Origin: Candidatus Latescibacterota bacterium
GTDB lineage: Bacteria; Latescibacterota; UBA2968; UBA8231
DNA: 16,151 nt
NCBI GenBank assembly: GCA_965205655.1
Contig: CBDBIJ010000088.1
Location: 1-16,151, forward strand
Direction: 5' to 3'
Part shown: piece after piece, positions 9,501-16,151 of the stretch
Layout: each line of letters begins with the position of its first letter
Position numbering within the stretch: position 1 is the first letter of the stretch
The notes under the pieces: generated by a model
What the model saw: only the letters and a program-made list of their open reading frames with translations
What the model was told of the DNA's origin: nothing
Database searches by the model: none
Program-made: the position numbers and the translations under genes

Positions 9501-9974
9501 TCGGTGAAAGCCAAGTGTGTGCTCTCGGCCATCGCCAGAAACGCGACACGCCTGGCCTATCACCACATCGATCAGTTCCTCAGCGAGATAGAGGATTTCG
9601 ATTCTCTCGAGCCGATTGCCGCGACCTTCAAGCGGTGGAGCGCGCGGCGCTGGTTCTACGACACGATCGTTGAAGTTGGCGCCGGCGAAACGGAGTTCTA
9701 CGACCTCACCGTCGAGGACACGCATTCCTATCTGTCGAACGGGTTCGTCTCACACAACTGCCACAAGATGCAGGGCAGCGAAGCCCGCATCGTCGTCATC
9801 CCCATCCACCGCGCCTTCGGGCCGCTCATCATGCAGCGGAACTGGCTCTACACCGCGGTGAGCCGGGCGAAGGAAGTGTGCGTGCTCGTCGGGCACCGCC
9901 AGGAAATTCCTAGAATCATCTCCCGCAACCAGCAGCAGCGCCGCTACACGCGGCTGGCGGAGATGATTCGATGA
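6533..9974 (+). pseudogene. recD2: RecD2-like (SF1B) ATP-dependent DNA helicase with intein; frameshifts ~7064, ~7808, ~9270 and in-frame TAG at 7978-7980
   Basis: N-terminal HPRYGKQF and HhH repeats (WIGP, ENPYGL..ISGIGF). Motifs GHTCLP, Walker A GVPGSGKT, AAPSGKAAKR, TIYRLL, Walker B VLDEVSMVD, LVGDTHQLPSVGPG, LTQIKRQ, GDKVIQTKN, NGDIG, LAYAVT|CHKMQGSE, RNWLYTAVSRAK. Confidence 0.9.
8416..9758 (+). mobile_element. Intein with LAGLIDADG (DOD) homing endonuclease
   Basis: Starts with Cys (CVAPSTWIWT). Block B SPDH. Endonuclease blocks LAELLGLLVADG and FLRGLFSGDGS. Ends FYDLTVEDTHSYLSNGFVSHN followed by extein Cys. Removing it restores YAVT-CHKMQGSE. Confidence 0.93.
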
Positions 9975-10420
9975 GGCTGCCCGCGCCGATCATTGCCGTC
10001 GATACGCGGGAGCAGAGGCCGTATCGCTTTCGGCACGCTCAGGTGAAGACACTGGCCACTGGCGACTACTCCATCGTCGGCCTGGAGGACGAGGTTGCGA
10101 TTGAGCGCAAGACGGCATCGGACCTCTTGGCGTCCCTGGGTCGAGGTCGGGCACGGTTTGAACGCGAGCTGCAGCGGCTGTCAGCGCTCGACTACGCCGC
10201 CATTGTCGTCGAGTCGTCACTGAAGCGCCTGCTCGAACCGCAGCCCTACTCCCGGATGAACCCGAAGTCCGCGACGAACTCCATCATCTCGTGGTCCGTG
10301 AAGTACCGCGTCCCCGTCTTCTTCGCCGATGATCGGCGACACGGCCAGGCGCTTACGCACGCGCTCCTCAACAAATACTGGCGATACCACCAAAGAGGTC
10401 CTGATGCACAAGAACGGTGA
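9971..10420 (+). CDS. Stand-alone ERCC4 (XPF/Mus81-type) domain nuclease
   Basis: IAVDTREQ, GDY, ERKTASDLLAS (ERKxxxD catalytic motif), GRARFERELQRL, IVVE. ATGA overlap with the helicase stop codon. Confidence 0.9.
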   Translation: MRLPAPIIAVDTREQRPYRFRHAQVKTLATGDYSIVGLEDEVAIERKTASDLLASLGRGRARFERELQRLSALDYAAIVVESSLKRLLEPQPYSRMNPKSATNSIISWSVKYRVPVFFADDRRHGQALTHALLNKYWRYHQRGPDAQER

Positions 10421-13418
10421 GGTGTGGAAGCAGTACAAGCAGGCGATTTTGAACAAGGTGGGTGACTTCACCGTCTTGTTCGAGCGGCTCGAAGAGCAGC
10501 GCCCCTCGACCGACAGCTGGGTCACGGCGCGGTGTCCCTTCCACCATGACCGCAATCCTTCCTTCGCGTTCAATCGAGACACGGGTCAGTGGTGCTGTTT
10601 TGCCGGCTGTGGCAAGGGCAGCGCCTTCGACTTCGTCATGCATGACTCGGGTAAGGAGTTCAAGGAAACCCTCACGGCACTGGGCGATCGATTTGGCGTG
10701 GCGCGACCCGCCGATGAACGACCCCCACGGCCGGCCATCCGCGAGCAGCTCATCCAGCAGTGGGTGACCTACCTGTGGGGGAATGAGGAGGTGTGCCGCT
10801 GGCTGCGCGAGAAACGCGGGCTCGCCGATGCGACCCTCAAGAAATACGACATAGGCTGGGATCCGAAGCGTCAGCGTAACACGATTCCGATCCGGGACGA
10901 GCGCGGCAACGTCGTCAACGTGCGGCTCTACAACGCCAAGAAAGACCGCAAGATGATCAACTTCACGGAGGGCCGGCATAAGTACGGCTCGCCGCCGCGG
11001 CTCTATGGAGTGGACGAGCTTGTGACGTTTGAAGGCAAGCAGGTCATCCTCTGCGAGGGGGAGTGGGACCGGCTGTTACTGCAACAAGAGGGTTTCATGG
11101 CGGTCACCGGCACGCACGGGGCCAGCACGTTTCGTCCCGAGTGGGTCAGCCACTTCAAGGACAAGGACGTCGTGCTGCTGTACGACTGCGATGCCGAAGG
11201 CCGGGCAGGGGCCCGCAAGGTCGTGCAGGCCTTGAAAACCTCTGGCGCCCACTCGATCAAACACGTCCTCCTGCCCCTCAAAGGAGAAAAGGACGACAAG
11301 GACGTGACCGACTACCTCCACAAGCGGGGCCTGACCGCTGCCGACCTGCAAAAAGTGATCGACGAGACACTCCCACACTCCTACGAGGAAGAGAAGAAGG
11401 AGGAGGAAGTGCTCGACCTGGACTCCTTTGTCGAGATCGAGCACGAGGAGATGATCGACCGAAAAGTGCGCTGTGATATCACCGTGTGTGGGGAAACCTC
11501 CGAAGCCTTCCACGCCGTCGAGGCCTTCCGCATCACCGATTGTCCGCGCTTGCAGCGGGGGGATTGCTTCGACTGCCGCGGCGTTGTCGAACCGGCGGCC
11601 ATTCCCAAAGGCGCTCAGGAGTACATCGGCTCGTGCATGTCCACGAACGTGCAGCTCAAGGCGATGTTGCGGGAGTATGCGTGTAAACATCTCCAAAAGC
11701 CCGCCATCGACATTCTCGAGCGCACGACCATCAAGGAGTTTTTCTGCCATCAGAGGGTGAATCGCATCACGCAGACGAGGGACGCGGCCGGGCATATCGT
11801 CCAGACCATCGACGGCAAGCAGCAGGAGTTGCTCGAGAAACGCGTCTACTACCTGTCGAGTGATCACCCGAAACCCGGCGCCTATCGAGCTACGGGCTGG
11901 GTCAAAAGCCATCCGAAGACCCAGCAGGTGACCTTCCTCATCGAGAGTCTGGAGCTCCTGGAAGACGATTTTGAGAGCTTCGACGTGAGCCAGCACGTCG
12001 AGGATCTGCGGGCCTTTCAGGCGCTATCCTGGGACGACAAGCTCGAGGACCTGACCGAAAACGTGACCCGCGTCTACGAACGCGAGGAGATCCTGACGGC
12101 GGCGCTGCTCACGTACTGCTCGCCGCTGTGGTATCGCTTCAACGGCGTCCTCATTCGCGGCTGGCTCGTAGCGGCCATCATCGGCGATTCCGGTACGGGC
12201 AAGTCCCAGACCACTCAGCGCCTGGCCGAGTTCGTCGACATCGGCGACTGCTTCTCCGGGCTGACTGGCTCGCGCACCGGCCTGGCCTACGCTCTCGTCG
12301 AGCACAAGCAGAAGGGCTGGCAGGTGAGGATCGGCCGCTACCCGGCGAATTCCAGAAAAATCCTCACTGTCGACGAAGCCCAGTACCTGCCCGTCAAAGA
12401 TCTGCGCACCATCTCCAAGGCCATGGAGGAGGGGTTTCTGCAGATCGACCGGGTGCAGTCCAAGGGGTATGAAAGCCAGACGCGACTCATCCTCATCGCC
12501 AATCCCAAGCAGGATGAGATCATGGACAGCTTCAGCTGCGGCTGCGAAGCCCTGGCGTCGCTGGCGCCACCCACCATCATCCGCCGCGTCGACCTGGCCG
12601 CGTTCGCCAATTCCGGCGACCTCCAGGATCTGTCCTTCATCAATCGCCGGCGCGATGCGGGGGCCGCGCCCAAAATCAGCCCCGAGATGCTGCGCGCCGT
12701 TATCTATTGGGCCTGGAACCTGCAGTCGCACCAGATCCAGTTCACCGACGAAGCGGAGACCTACTGCCTTGGCAAGGCGACGGAACTGTCGGACGTGTTC
12801 GGACACGCCACAGACGTGCTGCTCGTCATTCAGTCCGATTTCCGTAACAAGCTCGCACGCGTCGCCACCGCCTTCGCCGTGCTTCAGGTGTCGGCCACCC
12901 ACGACTTCAGCCGGCTCATCGTCGAGCCGGAACACGTGGCCATGGCAGCACAGTTTCTGGAGCAGCTCTACTCGCACGACAACTGTGGCCTGGACGGATA
13001 CTCGGACGTCATGCGCCAGGCCAGCCAGCTGTGGGATTACGACCACATTGAACGGACCTTCCTGGAGAAGGCGGAGCGTGAGAAGCACGCCGCCACAGAC
13101 AAACAGGGCCACTTCGCCCGGATAGTTCTCATCCTCCGCAACACGAAGGTCATCCGCCGAGACGACCTGGCTGAGCAGATAGGCTGCAGTATAGACACGG
13201 TCAAGCAGAACGTCCGGTTGCTCAAGCACTTCAACCTGCTCGACAGTGGACGCGACGGATACGTCAAGAAGCCGAAGTTTAACCGCTTCCTGCGCCGCTT
13301 CCTTCACGAACACCCCTCGTTTCTCGGGGAATTGGGGGGTGGTGGTTTCAATTCATTTGAAAACAATGAGATAGGTGAATCGGCCGATGAAACTCTCCCC
13401 ACCAATTCTGATTTTTGA
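10404..13418 (+). CDS. DnaG-type primase (CHC2 Zn finger + TOPRIM) fused to an MCM-like AAA+ helicase with C-terminal winged helix
   Basis: AAGAGG RBS, ATG 10404. Primase motifs: CPFHHDRNPS...CFAGC, CEGEWD, YDCDAEG, KDVTDY. MCM-like motifs: Cys cluster CPRLQRGDCFDC, PKPGAYRATG, IRGW...GDSGTGKSQ, SRTGLAYA, LTVDE, AMEEG, LIANP, IIRRVDL, RNKLARVA. C-terminal RDDLAEQIGCSIDTVKQNVRLL. Confidence 0.88.
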   Translation: MHKNGEVWKQYKQAILNKVGDFTVLFERLEEQRPSTDSWVTARCPFHHDRNPSFAFNRDTGQWCCFAGCGKGSAFDFVMHDSGKEFKETLTALGDRFGVARPADERPPRPAIREQLIQQWVTYLWGNEEVCRWLREKRGLADATLKKYDIGWDPKRQRNTIPIRDERGNVVNVRLYNAKKDRKMINFTEGRHKYGSPPRLYGVDELVTFEGKQVILCEGEWDRLLLQQEGFMAVTGTHGASTFRPEWVSHFKDKDVVLLYDCDAEGRAGARKVVQALKTSGAHSIKHVLLPLKGEKDDKDVTDYLHKRGLTAADLQKVIDETLPHSYEEEKKEEEVLDLDSFVEIEHEEMIDRKVRCDITVCGETSEAFHAVEAFRITDCPRLQRGDCFDCRGVVEPAAIPKGAQEYIGSCMSTNVQLKAMLREYACKHLQKPAIDILERTTIKEFFCHQRVNRITQTRDAAGHIVQTIDGKQQELLEKRVYYLSSDHPKPGAYRATGWVKSHPKTQQVTFLIESLELLEDDFESFDVSQHVEDLRAFQALSWDDKLEDLTENVTRVYEREEILTAALLTYCSPLWYRFNGVLIRGWLVAAIIGDSGTGKSQTTQRLAEFVDIGDCFSGLTGSRTGLAYALVEHKQKGWQVRIGRYPANSRKILTVDEAQYLPVKDLRTISKAMEEGFLQIDRVQSKGYESQTRLILIANPKQDEIMDSFSCGCEALASLAPPTIIRRVDLAAFANSGDLQDLSFINRRRDAGAAPKISPEMLRAVIYWAWNLQSHQIQFTDEAETYCLGKATELSDVFGHATDVLLVIQSDFRNKLARVATAFAVLQVSATHDFSRLIVEPEHVAMAAQFLEQLYSHDNCGLDGYSDVMRQASQLWDYDHIERTFLEKAEREKHAATDKQGHFARIVLILRNTKVIRRDDLAEQIGCSIDTVKQNVRLLKHFNLLDSGRDGYVKKPKFNRFLRRFLHEHPSFLGELGGGGFNSFENNEIGESADETLPTNSDF

Positions 13419-13545
13419 GACCCCCCTCCTACGGAGATACGGGCTTGTCTGTGCGGTGAATGAAAAACAGAAGTCTCGGGGGGATGGTTTCGTGGGTATT
13501 TCGGTATAAGCACATGAAAACAAAAGGATTAGGACTCCCACCCCT
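13322..13545. repeat. Two degenerate direct repeats at the 3' end of the primase-helicase gene (possible origin or protein-binding region)
   Basis: The ordered blocks TCTCGGGG / TGGTTTC / TGAAAACAA / TAGG / ACTC..CCCACC occur at 13322-13403 and again at 13474-13543. TGAAAACAA is at 13358 and 13515. Confidence 0.45.
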
Positions 13546-13779
13546 ATGTATCCCGTACCGTACCGGGGGGGTAATTCTCACTGTCTACATATACATGGGG
13601 GTTATAGGTGATGGATGTGTTGATCGGCCTCCTCTTGAGAAACTGCAAAACCCATACGCTCCAGTGGAAGGGCCAAGAAAGACAGCGGGCCCGTGATCAG
13701 GAAGGAGACCGAAGCATGGACTTGTGCCGAGCCTGTGGTGATGCGTGCGGCCGCCACACCTGCGAAAGGCGGACATGAT

Positions 13780-14035
13780 ATGAGCGTGAGAGGCTTGGCC
13801 AAAGCCGCGGCGGCCAAGCTCAAGCGTGAGCTCGGCGCTGGGTCAGGACAACGCCGCATCCTGGAGATGCGGATGTCCGAGTTCGCCACCTCGGATCTGG
13901 TACAGGAAGTGAAGTCCGGAGTCCTGAGCGAACACATCCTGTGGGTGGCCGACAACGCCGAAGTGCCTGCGGGCAACACACTCGTCGTCTACCGGGCTGA
14001 CGAGTGTCGACTGGATCGACTGCACGTCCTGCAGG
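13780..14035 (+). pseudogene. Small phage-like hypothetical protein, probably 3'-truncated
   Basis: ATG 13780 after AAAGGCGG. GC-rich coding-like sequence MSVRGLAKAA...VVYRADECRL runs to ~14035, then shifts abruptly to AT-rich sequence. The ORF-track tail to 14208 looks like read-through. Confidence 0.5.
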
Positions 14036-14057
14036 GGGGAGGTTCCAAGTATGGGGC

Positions 14058-14167
14058 TAATCTATTGATAATAAAGAGGTTGAAGCTCACACAGCTCGTC
14101 GGTCTGCTCCCAAGTGGGCAAATAAGATGTCAGTCAGACGTTAACTCCATGATTTATCAATCTCTTA
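14058..14167. promoter_or_regulatory. IHF-consensus binding sites (two exact, two one-mismatch)
   Basis: Exact WATCAANNNNTTR matches: 14058-14070 minus (TATCAATAGATTA) and 14155-14167 plus (TATCAATCTCTTA). One-mismatch partners: 14070-14082 plus and 14142-14154 minus. Confidence 0.5.
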
Positions 14168-14286
14168 CCTCTCTCTCCTCTCTTTCCTTACGTGTGTGTA
14201 AAGGGTAATGAGGGTATGTATATAGTATCATGTAGTAGTAAATAGCGATTGTGGAACACCTGCAAGACAGAGCCATTGCGCGACGA

Positions 14287-14537
14287 GGTCAAGTCCCATT
14301 TTCAGTTGAAACAGAGCCAGGCGATGGAGCGTCAGGGTTTCTTCCAGGCCTTCCTCGAGGCTCTTCAGAGCAGATTGGTTCATCAGTTTCAGACCGGGCT
14401 TGAGCGCTTTCAGGGTCGCCTTCGCCTCTTCGTAGGTGGGCTTATTGTAGGCCGCCTCAATCTTGCGACGGACTCGGGCCTGTTCACTTTTCGGCAGGTA
14501 CGACACGACGTTCTGGCGCTTGTGATACTGGCAGCGC
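14287..14537 (-). mobile_element. Internally deleted IS256-family remnant (right IR fused to a transposase fragment), inverted
   Basis: 14287-14313 matches the reverse complement of 15938-15964 at 25 of 27 positions. 14314-14537 encodes RCQYHKRQNVVSYLPKSEQ...EETLTLHRL, a diverged paralogue of 15443-15666. Confidence 0.85.
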
Positions 14538-15964
14538 GCTTTGTCCCGATCTTAGTTGAAACAGCACAGGCTCCAATCGTTACGTTTTGATACGAGAAGC
14601 CCGTTGGAAGAAGTCTCGCATCGGTAACAAAAGGAGCCTGCAATGAGCAAGCTATCAGCACGGAAGAAGGGCGTCAAACGAACGGTGAGCATCGGCAAGG
14701 TAGCACCCGAGACTGCAGAGCAAGTAGAGGACCTGGATGGCCGGATCGAGGCGATCCAATGGCTGATTCCCTTGGGGCTGCAGGCGGTCGCGGAGGAGCT
14801 GCAAAGAGCGGTCGTTGAGTTGGCTGGGCCGCGGTATCAGCGCAAGGGGTCGGATCAGCCGTTACGCCGCTGGGGGTCTCAGCTCGGGTCGGTGTACTTG
14901 GCCGACCAGAAATTACCCGTCGATGTGCCGCGGGTGCGCAACGTGGCCAACCATACCGAGGTCCCGCTGGATGTTTACCAGGCACTGCAGACGCCTCGAC
15001 AGATGGACGAAGGTCTGCTGTTGCGGATGCTGAAGGGCATCGCCACGCGCAACTACGAGGCCTGCGCTGAGGCCGTACCCGAGGCCTTTGGTCTGTCATC
15101 CTCATCGGTGTCCCGTCGTTACGTGAAAGGCACGGCTCGAAAGCTGGCTGAATTCCAGGAGCGATCCCTGGAAGGATATGATCTGGTGGCGCTATTCCTC
15201 GACGGCAAGAGCTTCGCGGACGAGGAGATCATCATCGCCCTGGGCGTCACCCTCGACGGACAGAAGATTCCTCTTGGCTTCGTGCAGGCGGCCACGGAAA
15301 ACGAGCGCGTCTGCCGTCGCTTCCTGTCCGATCTGGTCGAACGCGGTATGCAGTACGAAGCCGGACTGTTGGTCGTCATCGACGGCGCCAAGGGGCTTTA
15401 CAAGGCGGTGATGTCGGTGCTCAAAGGACATGCCTGCGTGCAGCGCTGCCAGTATCACAAGCGCCAGAACGTCGTGTCGTATCTGTCCAAGAGCGAGCAG
15501 TCCGGTATGGGTCGCAAGATGGAGGCGGCCTACGGCAAACCGAGATACGAGGCGGCCAAGGCGGCACTGGACGCGCTCAAACCGGGCTTGAAGTTGATGA
15601 ATCAGTCCGCCCTACACAGCCTCGAGGAAGGCATGGAAGAGACCCTCACACTCCATCGGTTGGGACTGACGCCGATGCTCAAGGATTCCTTCCGCACCAC
15701 CAACTGCATCGAGAACGTCAACAGTCTCCTGGAGCAGCTCACACACAACGTGCGACGCTGGACCAACTCATCACAGCGTCACCGTTGGGTAGCCACGGCA
15801 CTGCTCGACATCGAACCACGTCTGCGCAGGGTCAAGGGCTATCGCCATCTGCCGATGCTCCGGCAAGCCATACAAGCCGAACTCGGCATCAAACAGCTCG
15901 CGATGATGGGCTGACACACTCACCCGAGCCTGTGATTTGTTTCAACTGAAACTGGGCCTTGACC
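14537..15964 (+). mobile_element. IS256-family insertion sequence
   Basis: Imperfect terminal IRs share a CCC..T.T.AGTTGAAACA core (left ~14537-14563, right 15938-15964) and flank a single transposase. No target-site duplication found. Confidence 0.88.
14643..15914 (+). CDS. IS256-family (Mutator-like) DDE transposase
   Basis: AAGGAG RBS. 423 aa with LFLDG, ALGVTLDGQK, LVVIDGAKGL, QRCQYHKRQN and TTNCIENVN. Confidence 0.95.
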   Translation: MSKLSARKKGVKRTVSIGKVAPETAEQVEDLDGRIEAIQWLIPLGLQAVAEELQRAVVELAGPRYQRKGSDQPLRRWGSQLGSVYLADQKLPVDVPRVRNVANHTEVPLDVYQALQTPRQMDEGLLLRMLKGIATRNYEACAEAVPEAFGLSSSSVSRRYVKGTARKLAEFQERSLEGYDLVALFLDGKSFADEEIIIALGVTLDGQKIPLGFVQAATENERVCRRFLSDLVERGMQYEAGLLVVIDGAKGLYKAVMSVLKGHACVQRCQYHKRQNVVSYLSKSEQSGMGRKMEAAYGKPRYEAAKAALDALKPGLKLMNQSALHSLEEGMEETLTLHRLGLTPMLKDSFRTTNCIENVNSLLEQLTHNVRRWTNSSQRHRWVATALLDIEPRLRRVKGYRHLPMLRQAIQAELGIKQLAMMG

Positions 15965-16034
15965 CCGATGACCCATCTACCCTGTTTGACTTCGAGTTGG
16001 GTGACGTGCACCGTCTCAGAGATTGGAGGAAAAT

Positions 16035-16151
16035 ATGAGCGGGGAACTAATTGCCATTCTGGCTGTGGGCGTCGCGCTCGCGGGAGTGATCCTTACCGCC
16101 ACTCGCGGGTTGCGGAAGGATATGCGAGAGGACATCGGTCAGTTGCGAGGG
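16035..16151 (+). CDS. Small membrane-anchored, probably coiled-coil hypothetical protein (5' part only)
   Basis: GGAGG RBS, ATG 16035. MSGELIAILAVGVALAGVILTATRGLRKDMREDIGQLRG: a hydrophobic helix followed by a heptad-like segment. Runs off the window end. Confidence 0.65.
   Translation, partial: MSGELIAILAVGVALAGVILTATRGLRKDMREDIGQLRG

Noticed and set aside
11076..13313. 306-aa and 429-aa minus-strand ORFs
   Set aside because: Antisense shadows of the primase-MCM gene.
14267..14319. 9-bp direct repeat ACAGAGCCA as a target-site duplication
   Set aside because: The second copy overlaps the inner end of the IR, so the geometry does not fit a TSD.
1..16151. CRISPR array, tRNA/rRNA, integrase or virion genes
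   Set aside because: No regularly spaced repeats, RNA gene signatures or such proteins were seen, so prophage versus ICE identity cannot be settled from this window.

Overview
The window holds the replication/recombination module of a partly decayed prophage- or ICE-like element (about 1758-14035, all + strand), bracketed by insertion sequences. On the left is a frameshifted IS1595-family transposase (minus strand), next to an AT-rich two-gene cassette resembling an antitoxin plus a RelE/ParE-like toxin. The core contains two intact genes of unknown function, a truncated sigma/HTH remnant, a small hypothetical gene, a Sak4-like AAA_24 ATPase, a DUF669 SSB-like protein, and a RecD2-type SF1B helicase with a LAGLIDADG intein in motif V. 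These are followed by a stand-alone ERCC4/XPF nuclease and an intact ~1004-aa protein that fuses a DnaG-type CHC2 Zn finger and TOPRIM primase to what reads, motif by motif, as a full MCM (archaeal/eukaryotic-type SF6) helicase. That fusion is the most striking feature. On the right are a repeat-rich non-coding stretch, a truncated small ORF, an AT-rich segment with IHF-consensus sites, and an intact IS256-family element abutting an inverted, internally deleted relative. The window ends with the start of a small membrane protein gene. About 12 frame-breaking lesions cluster in the IS1595 gene and in 4760-9300, while the ERCC4 and primase-MCM genes are clean. All family calls come from motif recognition by eye; no searches were run.
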